Assembly (NCBI GenBank): GCA_017481225.1 | Contig: JAFUPM010000038.1 | Span: 1-55,898, forward strand | Source of the DNA: Clostridia bacterium | GTDB taxonomy: Bacteria; Bacillota; Clostridia; Oscillospirales; CAG-272 | Direction of reading: 5' to 3' | DNA: 55,898 bases | Part shown: positions 26,483 through 36,579 of the stretch, piece by piece | How positions within the stretch are numbered: position 1 is the stretch's first letter | Layout of the letters: the number at the start of each line of letters is the position of its first letter | The notes under the pieces: generated by a model | Seen by the model: only the letters and a program-made list of their open reading frames with translations | What the model was told of the DNA's origin: nothing | Databases searched by the model: none | Position numbers and translations under genes: made by a program

Positions 26483-27232
26483 ATGAAGCTATTTGAAGGA
26501 CGCACCGCCATGGTCACGGGAGCGGGAAAAAATATGGGTAAGGAAATCGCGCTCTCCTTTTCCAAAAACGGCGCGAATGTGATCGTTTGCGATTATAACG
26601 AGGAGGCGGCAAAGGAAACTGCCGAGGAAATCCGTGCTTTGGGTGTAGAGGCAATGCTCGCCGTTTGCGACGTGCGTGACAGAGAAAAGATATTTGCCTA
26701 TGTGGCAGAGGCAGTGGAACGCTTCGGAAAGGTGGATTATCTTGTCAATAATGCAGGAGGAAGTGCGGGCTTGCTCAAAAAGCTGACTCGTTTTGTAGAT
26801 GCCGAGCAATCCACTCTTGATTTTGTAATCGATACGAATTTGAAGGGCGCAATGCACTGCGCACAAGCCGTTCTGCCTTCAATGATCAAACAAAGGTACG
26901 GAAAGATCATCAATATTTCCTCGATCGCTGCCGTTTGCGGTCTTTATGACCGCGTAGATTATGCGGCGGCAAAGGCAGGTATGATCGGTATGGTCAAGGC
27001 GCTTGCCATGGAGGTCGGAGAATATAACATCTGTGTCAATGCTATATCCCCCGGCGCTATCGAGCGAGACGGCAAACGGGGCACGCATATGACCTATATG
27101 GGAGAGAACGGCATGGGTGGCACTACCAAGGATATTGCGGATACGGTGCTTTTCCTTGCTTATCAGGACTATATTACGGGTGAGAATATTATTGTGGACG
27201 GCGGAAGAAGCCTTGGTCCGAGTCATCGCTGA
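26483..27232 (+). CDS. Short-chain dehydrogenase/reductase
   Basis: TGAGKNMG, NNAG, YAAAK, VNAISPG, VDGG. Confidence 0.93.
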   Translation: MKLFEGRTAMVTGAGKNMGKEIALSFSKNGANVIVCDYNEEAAKETAEEIRALGVEAMLAVCDVRDREKIFAYVAEAVERFGKVDYLVNNAGGSAGLLKKLTRFVDAEQSTLDFVIDTNLKGAMHCAQAVLPSMIKQRYGKIINISSIAAVCGLYDRVDYAAAKAGMIGMVKALAMEVGEYNICVNAISPGAIERDGKRGTHMTYMGENGMGGTTKDIADTVLFLAYQDYITGENIIVDGGRSLGPSHR

Positions 27233-27271
27233 CTAATACTCCCTCGCACAGTATTAGATTGGAGAGATAAA

Positions 27272-28300
27272 ATGAAAAAGCTAAAAGTAGGACAGATTGG
27301 CATAGGTCACAATCACGCGGAAGCGAAAATGCTTGCCGCGAGGAAATTTCCCGAGCTTTTTGAGGTAGTCGGCTATGCTGAGGAAAACGAGCGCTGGATA
27401 GAGAAGCGCGGTCATCTTGGTGGCTACGAGGGGCTTCCCCGTTTGAGTGTTGAGGAGGTTATTGAGCGCTCCGACGCCGTGCTTGTTGAGTCCGACGTCT
27501 GGAATTTAACCGACTATGCGAGAATGTGTGTTGACAGAGGAAAGCATATTCATATGGATAAGCCCGCAAGCGGCACCCTCGAGGACTATAAATACGTGCT
27601 TGATACGGCAGAGGCAAAGGGGCTTACGGTTCAGCTTGGGTATATGTACCGCTATAATCCCGCGGTGCTTAAGTGCTTTGAGCTTATAAAGGAAGGAAAG
27701 CTTGGCGAGATTTATTCTATAAATGCCGAGATGAGCACCCGCCACCCCGTTGACTATAAAAGGTGGCTTACGAACTTTGGCGGCGGAATTATGTATATTC
27801 TCGGCAGCCACCTTGTGGACCTTATAGTCTATATGCTGGGTGAGCCGAAGCGCGTCACTCCGTTTTTGAAGCATACCTGTCTTGACGGGGTAGACTTTGA
27901 GGACAACAACCTCGCGGTGCTGGAATACGATAAGGCTCTGGCGCGTATTTTCGTTTCCTCCGTTGAGGTGAACGGCTACGGCAGACGTCAGCTGGTTGTA
28001 TCGGGTAGCAAGGGCACGGTGGATATCTGTCCTCTTGAGAGTGTCACCACTGAGGAAAGTCCCATTACTATGAGATATTCCGACACGGATATTGCGGTCA
28101 AACCTTACGCAGATTGCAAAAGGAGCGAAACCTTCCGTGATGACGCGCGCTGCCGCTACGACCTTATGATGCAGGATTTCTACGCATACATAAAGGGCGC
28201 GAAGCAAAACCCCTTCACCTACCGTCACGATTACCTTGTCCAGAAGGTGTTATCCGAAATTGTGGGAGGAGTACGGTTTTGTGGCAAGGATATTGATTAA
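27272..28300 (+). CDS. Gfo/Idh/MocA-family oxidoreductase
   Basis: N-terminal Rossmann fold, GKHIHMDKP, GYMYRYNP, GSHLVD. Confidence 0.9.
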   Translation: MKKLKVGQIGIGHNHAEAKMLAARKFPELFEVVGYAEENERWIEKRGHLGGYEGLPRLSVEEVIERSDAVLVESDVWNLTDYARMCVDRGKHIHMDKPASGTLEDYKYVLDTAEAKGLTVQLGYMYRYNPAVLKCFELIKEGKLGEIYSINAEMSTRHPVDYKRWLTNFGGGIMYILGSHLVDLIVYMLGEPKRVTPFLKHTCLDGVDFEDNNLAVLEYDKALARIFVSSVEVNGYGRRQLVVSGSKGTVDICPLESVTTEESPITMRYSDTDIAVKPYADCKRSETFRDDARCRYDLMMQDFYAYIKGAKQNPFTYRHDYLVQKVLSEIVGGVRFCGKDID

Positions 28301-29348
28301 AAACGGACGAATTTTTGACGGTGAGAGATTTTTTTACGGAGACATTCTCACCGACGGAGATAAAATTGTAAAGATTGAAGATACCCTTTTTGACTCTGCC
28401 GATTACGTTTATGACGCTTTAGGGAAGACTGTTTCTGCGGGGCTTATAGACATTCACGCGCATCTACGAGGAATATCAAGCGAAACGTTTGGTATACAGG
28501 GTGAAATCAGTTGCTTCCCGTTTGGAGTAACCGCTGCCGCAGACGCGGGCGGCGGACGAGGAGATAAGGCGCTGCTTGATACCTTTATGCTGAAGAGCGT
28601 TGTATTCGTCGAGGTCGGAATAAAGAGCAACCGCGCCGTTTTTGAAAACCTTGAAAAAAGGCTTGATTGTTACGGCGACAGAGCCGTCGGATTAAAGGTT
28701 TATTTCGACACGGGGGTCTCGGAGGTTCATGATACGTCCCCCCTTCGCTGTGTGTGCGATTATGCGCACAGCCGCGGCCTTCGGGTAATGGTTCACTCAT
28801 CAAACTCCCCGGTCGGCATGGATGAATTGATAGAGACGCTTGATAAAGGCGATATTCTAACCCATGCCTTTCACGGTGGGAAAAACAACGCTTCAGAGGA
28901 CGGTTTTGAGTGTTTGATAAGGGCGCGAGAGAGAGGCGTTGTGATTGACGCCGGCTTTGCGGGTCATGTTCATACCGATTTTGACGTGCTAAAGGAGGCT
29001 ATCAGGCGCGGAGCTTTGCCGGATACTGTAGGCACGGATATCACCAGATACAGCGCGTACACCCGAGGCGGTCGCTACGGAATGACTATGTGTATGAATT
29101 TGGCGCGCGCAGTCGGAATGGACGAGGAGAACGTTTTCAAGGCGGTGACCTCCACGCCCGCCAAGGCTCTGGGTAAGGAGAGCGAGTGGGGGTATCTAAG
29201 AGTCGGACGCGCAGCCGATATTGCGGTTTTTGATTATACCGACGAGAGCTTTATGCTGACAGATAAGGCAGGAAACAGCGTTCGTAGTACAGAGGGCTAC
29301 CGATGTGTTCTTACTGTATCCGACGGGCAGGTGGTGTATAGATGCTAA
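28281..29348 (+). CDS. Metal-dependent amidohydrolase (dihydroorotase-like / deacetylase)
   Basis: GLIDIHAH, MVH, LTHAFHG, GTD, TSTPAKALG; GTG start at 28281 after GGAGGA. Confidence 0.85.
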   Translation: MARILIKNGRIFDGERFFYGDILTDGDKIVKIEDTLFDSADYVYDALGKTVSAGLIDIHAHLRGISSETFGIQGEISCFPFGVTAAADAGGGRGDKALLDTFMLKSVVFVEVGIKSNRAVFENLEKRLDCYGDRAVGLKVYFDTGVSEVHDTSPLRCVCDYAHSRGLRVMVHSSNSPVGMDELIETLDKGDILTHAFHGGKNNASEDGFECLIRARERGVVIDAGFAGHVHTDFDVLKEAIRRGALPDTVGTDITRYSAYTRGGRYGMTMCMNLARAVGMDEENVFKAVTSTPAKALGKESEWGYLRVGRAADIAVFDYTDESFMLTDKAGNSVRSTEGYRCVLTVSDGQVVYRC

Positions 29349-29425
29349 AACAATATATCATACCCCGTGTATGAATTTAACGGTGATAAAGCCGAAGATT
29401 TAATAGATTAAAAAAGGAGCTAATT

Positions 29426-30430
29426 ATGAAAAACGTATTGGTTATTGGAGCGACGGGCGCTATGGGCAGATATCTTGTACCCGAGCTTTTGATTATGGGA
29501 TACAAGGTGACGGCAATAGGACTTGACGAGACCTCGCCCTTTGGTTCGAATGTGGAATACCTGAGGGGTAACGCCTTCGAGACAGACTTCATAGCGCCTA
29601 TCGTTGAGAGAAGGTTCGACGGAATCGTAAACTTTATGGACTATGGAGGAAAGCGCTATTTCAAGGATTATTATAAGCTCTTTTTGGATAATACCGAGCA
29701 TTATATATTCCTCTCTACCTGCCGTGTTTACGATGATAAGGAGCAGCCTATAAAGGAGAGCTCGCCGAGGCTTCTTGATTCCTCGGAGGACGAGGCGCTT
29801 AAGTCCTCCCGCGACTACTGCATCTACAAGGCGCAGGACGAGGACCTTCTTTATGCATCGGAGTACTCCAACTGGACCATAGTCCGCCCTGCCACAACCT
29901 TCTCGACAATGAGGCTTCAGCTTGTAACCTTGGAGTTTAAAAACGCCATAGCACGCGCCCTGATGGGCAAAAAGGTTGTCCTTCCCGTACAGGCAAAGGA
30001 TAAGCCTGCCACACTCAGCTGGGGCGGTGACGTAGCTAAGATGTTAGCGCGCATCCTCTTTAAAGAGAAAGCTATGCGCGAGACCTACAACGTCTGCTCG
30101 GCAGAGCATAGAACCTGGGAGGAAATTGCCGAGTATTACCGTAAGCTTATTGGGCTTCAGGCGGTGTGGGTTGATAAGGAAGACTACCTCGAAATACTAA
30201 GCCCCGAGGGTCGCATCAACGTCCGCTGGCAGCTTGAATACGCCAGACTCTTCCGCAGAATAACCGATAACTCCAAGGTGCTCGCGCTTACGGGACTTAA
30301 GCAGGAGGATATGATGCCGATGTACGACGGCTTGAAGCTTGAGGTAGGCAATATTCCCTCCGATTACGTTCCCGAGGATACCGAAATCGGACTTCGTATG
30401 GACGAGTATATCAAAAACCGTAATTTGTGA
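29426..30430 (+). CDS. NAD-dependent epimerase/dehydratase family protein
   Basis: GATGAMG, YIFLST, YCIYK, TIVRP. Confidence 0.85.
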   Translation: MKNVLVIGATGAMGRYLVPELLIMGYKVTAIGLDETSPFGSNVEYLRGNAFETDFIAPIVERRFDGIVNFMDYGGKRYFKDYYKLFLDNTEHYIFLSTCRVYDDKEQPIKESSPRLLDSSEDEALKSSRDYCIYKAQDEDLLYASEYSNWTIVRPATTFSTMRLQLVTLEFKNAIARALMGKKVVLPVQAKDKPATLSWGGDVAKMLARILFKEKAMRETYNVCSAEHRTWEEIAEYYRKLIGLQAVWVDKEDYLEILSPEGRINVRWQLEYARLFRRITDNSKVLALTGLKQEDMMPMYDGLKLEVGNIPSDYVPEDTEIGLRMDEYIKNRNL

Positions 30431-30438
30431 GGTGAAAA

Positions 30439-31419
30439 ATGAAGGCTATACTTATTAACGAGAATAAAAACCTTGTTTGGAGCGAGGTTTGTGACCCTGA
30501 AATTGCTGAGGACGAGGTTCTTGTAAAGATATATGCGGCGGCCTTGAACCGCGCGGACCTGCTTCAAAGGCATGGTAAATATCCTTCCCCCGAGGGCTGT
30601 CCCGAGTGGATGGGACTTGAGATTGCAGGCGTGGTTGAGCGCGTTGGCGACAAGGTCACAAGGTGGAATGTTGGAGACAGAGTTTGCGCTCTTCTCGGCG
30701 GTGGAGGCTACGCTCAGTACGTATCGGTGAAGGAGGATATGCTTATGCCCGTTCCGAAGGGCCTCTCCCTCGTTGAGGCGGCGGCACTCCCCGAGGCGTA
30801 TGCGACATCTTACCTCAACCTGTTTATCGAGGGTCATCTTGAAAAGGGACAGACCGCATTTATCCCTGCGGGCGCCAGCGGACTTGCCTCGGTGGCAATA
30901 CCTATGGCGAAGGCGTTCGGCGCAAGGGTAATTACCTCGGTGCTGACCGAGGAAATAGCGGAGAAAATAAAAAATCTCGGAGCTGACGTAATTATAAACT
31001 CCGAGAAGGAAAACACAGAGGATATACTTGCCGAGGAGGAAAGACGCGGAACACCCGTGAACGTTTCTATGGACTGCCTGTCAGGCGAGACCTTGGGCAA
31101 AAGCCTTCCCTATATGGCGCGCGGCGGATATTGGATTGTAATATCCACTCTGGCAGGTATCGAAACGAAGGTAATGCTCAGACCTCTGCTTACCAAGGGC
31201 TTGCACCTGGTTGGAAGCATGCTCCGCAACCGTACACCGAAATTCAAGGCGTATATTCTCTCGGAGCTTGTTAAGAACGTTTGGCCGAAAATAGAGGACG
31301 GAACTATAAAGCCCTCTATATATAAGGTGCTTCCCATAACCGAGGCGGAGGCAGCTCACGCAATACTTGAGAGGGGCGAGAACGTCGGCAAGGTGGTTCT
31401 CTCGGTTTGCGATGAATAA
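30439..31419 (+). CDS. NAD(P)H-quinone oxidoreductase (PIG3-type MDR)
   Basis: ALNRADLLQRHGKYP, GLEIAG, GGGYAQY, NVGKVVL. Confidence 0.92.
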   Translation: MKAILINENKNLVWSEVCDPEIAEDEVLVKIYAAALNRADLLQRHGKYPSPEGCPEWMGLEIAGVVERVGDKVTRWNVGDRVCALLGGGGYAQYVSVKEDMLMPVPKGLSLVEAAALPEAYATSYLNLFIEGHLEKGQTAFIPAGASGLASVAIPMAKAFGARVITSVLTEEIAEKIKNLGADVIINSEKENTEDILAEEERRGTPVNVSMDCLSGETLGKSLPYMARGGYWIVISTLAGIETKVMLRPLLTKGLHLVGSMLRNRTPKFKAYILSELVKNVWPKIEDGTIKPSIYKVLPITEAEAAHAILERGENVGKVVLSVCDE

Positions 31420-32323
31420 AAGGAAAACTCTTATCTCGGCACTGGTGACAATGCTTCTCTGGGGCTCGCTTTTTCCTATGGTTAAGCTGGGCTTTTCCTC
31501 CTACGAGGTTTCGGGAACTGCGGATATTCTCCTCTTTGCAGGTATACGCTTTGTAATATGCGGCGCAGTTATCTGTGTATTCGCAGGGTTTAAGGACAGG
31601 TCCTCTTATAAGCCCGTCCGACACTCATTAGTCCCAATTCTCCTCTCGGGTGCCTTTGCCATAATCCTGCATTACGGCTTTACCTACGTAGGACTTAGCC
31701 TGACGGACAGCTTCAAAACAGCCATAATCAAGCAGATTGGCGCGCTTCTGTACGTTTGCTTTTCCTTCCTTTTTATCAAAGAGGACAGACCTACGGTCAG
31801 TAAGATTTTTGGCGCGCTGCTTGGCTTCTTGGGAATTGTTGCCCTAAATTTTGGCGCCGAAGGCTTCTCCTTTTCCATAGGTGACATGCTCATTCTTTGC
31901 GCCTCGTTTTGTACCGTTATATCAAACGTTATCTCCAAAAGAGTGTTTGAAAGGGTATCTCCCATAACCTCGACTGGAGTGTCGCAGCTGTTCGGCGGCG
32001 CGGTGCTTTTAGCTGTCGGCTTGGCTATGGGCGGAAGTGTGCGCTTTCAGGTGAATGCAGAGCTTCTGATTATGGGGTATATTTGCATAGCCTCGATTGT
32101 AAGCTACTGCATCTGGTACGGAATTGTGAAGTACGGAGAGCTTTCACACCTCTTTATTATCAAATTTTCCGAGCCTCTTTTCGCTTGTGTCTTTGGATGC
32201 TTGATATTGGGAGAGGATATTTTTAAGGTGCAGAATTTGCTTGCCTTTATCCTTGTGGGAGCAGGTATATGGCTGTCCAATTTGAAGCGCAAGAGCAAAA
32301 ACAAAGCAGAAAAAACCAATTAG
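31412..32323 (+). CDS. DMT/EamA family transporter
   Basis: About 10 TM segments, LLWGS and EP motifs; start at ATG 31412. Confidence 0.88.
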   Translation: MNKRKTLISALVTMLLWGSLFPMVKLGFSSYEVSGTADILLFAGIRFVICGAVICVFAGFKDRSSYKPVRHSLVPILLSGAFAIILHYGFTYVGLSLTDSFKTAIIKQIGALLYVCFSFLFIKEDRPTVSKIFGALLGFLGIVALNFGAEGFSFSIGDMLILCASFCTVISNVISKRVFERVSPITSTGVSQLFGGAVLLAVGLAMGGSVRFQVNAELLIMGYICIASIVSYCIWYGIVKYGELSHLFIIKFSEPLFACVFGCLILGEDIFKVQNLLAFILVGAGIWLSNLKRKSKNKAEKTN

Positions 32324-32405
32324 CAACAACAAACGTGCGAAGATTAGTCAGAATAAATTATCAAAACCAATTAGCAACAACAAACTTGCAAAAAGAAAGA
32401 AAAGT

Positions 32406-32442
32406 AAAACGGTGAGGATAATTATTATCCTCACCGTTTTTT
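32406..32442. terminator. Bidirectional terminator between the DMT gene and pdp
   Basis: 17-bp inverted repeat AAAACGGTGAGGATAAT/ATTATCCTCACCGTTTT. Confidence 0.8.
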
Positions 32443-32531
32443 ATAAAAAACGCCAATATGTATAGTTTGGTAGTCATTTTTGCATTGTTTATCGCATTTT
32501 TTAAGATAAAGTTATTTGTAAGCAAATGCTT

Positions 32532-33833
32532 TTATCCGACGATTTTATATATCAAAGGCTTTTTCTCGGGAGCTTCGTCGGATATGGTTATAGCCTTCAG
32601 CACAGCGGACTCTGCAGCTTTTACAGCCTCGTCTCTGTCGGTGTGTAATAGAGCTAAAAGCTCGCCCTTCTCGACCTTATCCCCGGGCTTTGCGTAGAGC
32701 GTAATGCCTGCCGCGTGGTCAATTGGCTCGTCCTTTTCGGCTCTGCCGGCTCCGAGAGTTACGGAGGCTGTGCCCACAGCCTCGGCATCAATTCTTGCAA
32801 CGTATCCCGACTCGGTTGAATAAACCTTGTGTATAATCCTCGATTTGGGGAACAGCTCGGGGTTGTCGATATATGACGCGTCACCGCCCTGGGCTGCAAT
32901 CCAGACCTTGAGTGTACGAAGAGCCTCGCCGCCCTCAAGAGAGGAGAGAACGCGCTCTCGCGCCTCGCCCTCCGACAGTCCGAGAGCAAGCCTTACCATA
33001 GCTACCGCAAGCTCAACGCACACCTCTCTGAGGTCCTCGGGACCCTTGCCCGAAAGCACCTCGATAGCCTCGCGCACCTCAAGGGAGTTTCCTATTGCAT
33101 ACCCGAGAGGGGTATCCATATTTGTTATAAGGGCGGCGATATTTCTGCCGCATAGCTTGCCGATATTGACCATTCCCACCGCCAGCCTCTCGGCGTCCTC
33201 GGGGGTTTTCATAAATCCGCCTGAGCCGCACTTGACGTCAAGGACGATGGAGTGAGAGCCTGCCGCAAGCTGTTTGCTCATAATTGACGAGGTAATAAGG
33301 GGGATAGAGTCTACGGTTGCGGTAACGTCTCGGAGGGCATAGAGCTTTTTATCTGCGGGAGCGAAGCTTCCGCTTTGACCGATAACGGCTATTCCAACCT
33401 TCTCAACCTGGCGAAAAAAGTCCTCTGCGGAAAGCCCCGTGTCGTAGCCGGGGAAGGACTCCAGCTTATCGACGGTGCCGCCCGTATGACCAAGCCCTCT
33501 GCCACTCATCTTGGCTACCTTGCAGCCCACAGATGCGGCAATGGGCGCGACAATAAGGGTGGTTTTGTCACCGACACCGCCCGTGGAGTGCTTATCAACC
33601 GTCAGCGTGCCGAAGGAGGAGAGGTCCAGAATGTCACCCGACTCTGCCATAGCCATAGTAAGGGCGGAGGTCTCCCTGTCGGTCATACCGCGGAAGTATA
33701 TAGCCATCATAAGGGCGGAAGCCTGGTAATCGGGAAGCGCGCCGCGGGTATACTCACGGACAAAGTCCCGTATTTCGCTCTCGGTCAGCTCCTCGCCGTG
33801 CTTTTTCTTGGTAATGATATCGTACATTCTCAT
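32532..33833 (-). CDS. pdp: Pyrimidine-nucleoside phosphorylase
   Basis: DKHSTGGVGDKT, KMSGRGLGHTGGT, LYALRDVTATV. Confidence 0.95.
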   Translation of the reverse strand: MRMYDIITKKKHGEELTESEIRDFVREYTRGALPDYQASALMMAIYFRGMTDRETSALTMAMAESGDILDLSSFGTLTVDKHSTGGVGDKTTLIVAPIAASVGCKVAKMSGRGLGHTGGTVDKLESFPGYDTGLSAEDFFRQVEKVGIAVIGQSGSFAPADKKLYALRDVTATVDSIPLITSSIMSKQLAAGSHSIVLDVKCGSGGFMKTPEDAERLAVGMVNIGKLCGRNIAALITNMDTPLGYAIGNSLEVREAIEVLSGKGPEDLREVCVELAVAMVRLALGLSEGEARERVLSSLEGGEALRTLKVWIAAQGGDASYIDNPELFPKSRIIHKVYSTESGYVARIDAEAVGTASVTLGAGRAEKDEPIDHAAGITLYAKPGDKVEKGELLALLHTDRDEAVKAAESAVLKAITISDEAPEKKPLIYKIVG

Positions 33834-33850
33834 AGTGAATTCTCCGTCAG

Positions 33851-34261
33851 TTAAAGATAACTCTCGGTGAAGCTGTAGGGAAGAAGCTCCCCGAGTGTAT
33901 GGACGGTGTATCCGTCAGCTCCCACAATAATGACCTTAAAGTCGGGGGAGCAGAATTCGCGCAGCACCTGTCGGCAGGCACCGCAGGGAGGAAACTCGGA
34001 GCTGACCTCGCACCCAACCTTGCCGCCTGCAATGGCGATAGCGGCAAATTTGCGCTCACCCTCGGACACAGCCTTGAATATGGCTACGCGCTCGGCGCAG
34101 GTAGTAAGTGAATAGGAGGCATTCTCGATATTCGCGCCGAGATATACCTTTCCCGACTCACAGAGAAGTGCCGCGCCTACGGTGACACCCGAGTAGGGCG
34201 AGTAGGCTGCAGCTCGCGCCGCAAGGGCGGAAAATGCAAGGTCGGAATATACGTTCTCCAT
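33851..34261 (-). CDS. cdd: Cytidine deaminase
   Basis: AYSPYS, NIENASY, CAER, PCGACRQ; start at ATG 34261. Confidence 0.95.
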   Translation of the reverse strand: MENVYSDLAFSALAARAAAYSPYSGVTVGAALLCESGKVYLGANIENASYSLTTCAERVAIFKAVSEGERKFAAIAIAGGKVGCEVSSEFPPCGACRQVLREFCSPDFKVIIVGADGYTVHTLGELLPYSFTESYL

Positions 34262-34604
34262 ATTTTCTCCTTTCGTATATTCGGGCGACGGACGCGAAAT
34301 TCCGCGCACGGGTAGCCCGTTTTCCGGTTTTTAGCATTATTTAGGGTATTTTTTGATAGCTTTCATCGCTGTGCGTCCAATAACTCGGCAATGAGTCAAA
34401 TCCCGAGTGCCTATCCCAAAAGTGCTGTGGATAAGCCTATAGACAAAGGTCCTGCGGATAAGCCTGTAGACCTTGATGTGGCAGTGACCGACACCGAGCC
34501 CCCCGAAGGCAAGTCAAGGTCTATGAGTATATCAGAAGCTCTGCAGCAATGAAAGAAGTGAATATCGGCTGCACGGGAAAAGACGTGAGCCAAAACGTAG
34601 AGGC

Positions 34605-35774
34605 TTAGGTAATCTTAGGCACAAGGCTTTCGCCAACCTCGGAGGAGTACTTAACGCCCAGAAGGTCAGCCGCGGTAATACCAACCTCGGTGAAGCCTAT
34701 GCGAGTGCCAAGGTTTACGGGCTTAATACCGTTTCCGTAAATCAAAAGGGGAACGTACTCTCTGGTGTGGTCGGTGCTGGTGTCACCGGGGTCGCAGCCG
34801 TGGTCGGCTGTTATCATAAGGACGTCGTCCTCCGAAAGCTTCGACATAAATCCGCCGAGCCAGGAGTCGAACTCCGAGAGAGCATTTGCATATCCGTCAA
34901 TATCCTGCCTGTGTCCGTAGAGCATATCGAAGTCAACGAGGTTTACAAAGCACAGTCCGCTGAAATCTCTTGCGAGAAGCTCCTCCGTCACCTTCATACC
35001 CTCAAGGTTGCCGTGAGTGGGATTGGATTCCGTGATGCCCTGACCGACGAAAATATCGCCGATTTTACCCACGCCGATAACCTCAAGCCCGGCCTCGGAA
35101 ATGGCGTTAAGAGCAGTTTTTTTGGGAGGAAGGAGAGAGAAGTCACGGCGGTTTGCTGTGCGCTTGTAGCTGCCCGACTCACCGACGAAGGGTCTGGCGA
35201 TAACTCTGCCTACGGCGTGCTCGCCTGCCAGCAGCTCTCTTGCGACTCTGCAGTATTCATAAAGTGTCTCGAGGGGAACAACCTCCTCGTGGGCAGCAAT
35301 CTGGAATACGCTGTCGGCTGAGGTGTAAACTATGAGGTCGCCGCTCTTTACGTGCCGGTCGCCGTACTTTGCAATAACCTCTGTTCCCGAGTAGGGAAGG
35401 TTACAGAGAACGCCTCTGCCGACCCTACGGGAAAACTCATCGATAACCTCCTTCGGGAAGCCCTTTGGGTAGGTAGGGAGAGGCCTTTTGGATACTATAC
35501 CCGATATCTCCCAATGCCCTATGGTGGTGTCCTTGCCGAGGCTTACCTCTCTCATTCTTGCAACAGCACCGAGAGCGTCTGTCCGAGGAAGGAAGTTTAC
35601 TCCGTCAAGCGAGCCGAGCCCCAGGGACAAAAGGTTTGGAATATTAAATTTTTCCGATGCGCTGATGCGAAGAAGGGTGTTTGCTCCCACGTCGCCGAAG
35701 GCATCTGCATCCGGCTCGTATCCGATACCGAAGGAGTCAAGCACTATAAGAAAAACTCTTTTTGCTTTTTTCAT
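34605..35774 (-). CDS. deoB: Phosphopentomutase
   Basis: LDSFGIG, GKDTTIGHWE, YTSADSVFQIAAHE, TADHGCDP, DHTRE. Confidence 0.96.
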   Translation of the reverse strand: MKKAKRVFLIVLDSFGIGYEPDADAFGDVGANTLLRISASEKFNIPNLLSLGLGSLDGVNFLPRTDALGAVARMREVSLGKDTTIGHWEISGIVSKRPLPTYPKGFPKEVIDEFSRRVGRGVLCNLPYSGTEVIAKYGDRHVKSGDLIVYTSADSVFQIAAHEEVVPLETLYEYCRVARELLAGEHAVGRVIARPFVGESGSYKRTANRRDFSLLPPKKTALNAISEAGLEVIGVGKIGDIFVGQGITESNPTHGNLEGMKVTEELLARDFSGLCFVNLVDFDMLYGHRQDIDGYANALSEFDSWLGGFMSKLSEDDVLMITADHGCDPGDTSTDHTREYVPLLIYGNGIKPVNLGTRIGFTEVGITAADLLGVKYSSEVGESLVPKIT

Positions 35775-35837
35775 ATTTACATTAAAAACCTTTTTAAAAC
35801 GATAATTTGACAAGTATTATTTACAAAATTAGGGAAA

Positions 35838-36563
35838 TTACAGTCTGATAGCGGTATTGAGCGCAATCTCCATCATTTCGGTGAAGGAGCTTTGTCTTGC
35901 ATCGGAGTCGAGACTCTCTCCCGTGAGAAGGTGGTCGGATACTGTGCAGATAGCCAAAGCGCGCTTGCCTGCATAGGCTGCATTCATATAAAGAGCCGCC
36001 GCCTCCATTTCCACACCGAGAACACCGAGGGACTGCCACTTTTTTGACGCCTCTGGGTTAGCGTTGTAGAAAATATCCGAGGAGAGAAGGTTGCCGACGC
36101 AGTATCTTGCCCGAAGCTTTTCCGCCTCCTCTATAGCCACTCTCATCATATCGTAGCTTGCAATAGGTGCATAGGTTCCCTCAAGTCCGTACTGAACGGC
36201 AAAGTTTGAGGTGGTGCATGCGCCCATACCGAAGATAATATCCCGCACCTTGACGCTCTCGCTCATAGCTCCCGCAGAGCCTATACGCATAATGTTCTCG
36301 ACTCCGAAGAAGTTATAAAGCTCGTAGGAGTATATGCCGATAGAGGGCATACCCATACCGCTTGCCATAACAGAAACGCGCTCGCCTTTATAGGTGCCGG
36401 TGTAGCCGTGAATACCGCGAACGTTGTTAACGAGCTTCGCGCCCTCAAGGAAGGTCTCGGCTATAAACTTTGAGCGAAGGGGGTCGCCGGGCATAAGCAC
36501 GGTTTTTGCGAAATCGTCGGGCGTTGCCTTTATGTGGGGTGTATAGAATTTAGAGTTATCCAT
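35838..36563 (-). CDS. deoD: Purine nucleoside phosphorylase, DeoD type
   Basis: TPHI, MPGDPLRSK, GMGMPS, VEMEAAALY, TVSDH. Confidence 0.96.
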   Translation of the reverse strand: MDNSKFYTPHIKATPDDFAKTVLMPGDPLRSKFIAETFLEGAKLVNNVRGIHGYTGTYKGERVSVMASGMGMPSIGIYSYELYNFFGVENIMRIGSAGAMSESVKVRDIIFGMGACTTSNFAVQYGLEGTYAPIASYDMMRVAIEEAEKLRARYCVGNLLSSDIFYNANPEASKKWQSLGVLGVEMEAAALYMNAAYAGKRALAICTVSDHLLTGESLDSDARQSSFTEMMEIALNTAIRL

Positions 36564-36579
36564 TTTTAATCTCCTTCCA

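Noticed and set aside
32312-32385. 23-bp direct repeat at the DMT gene end as a possible att site or target-site duplication
   Set aside because: The copies are only 51 bp apart and flank no element, so it is best explained as a local duplication of the gene end.
33265-33285. Pdp motif reads SKQ instead of the usual SKK
   Set aside because: The first, substrate-binding Lys is retained. A single substitution or base error is not evidence of inactivation.
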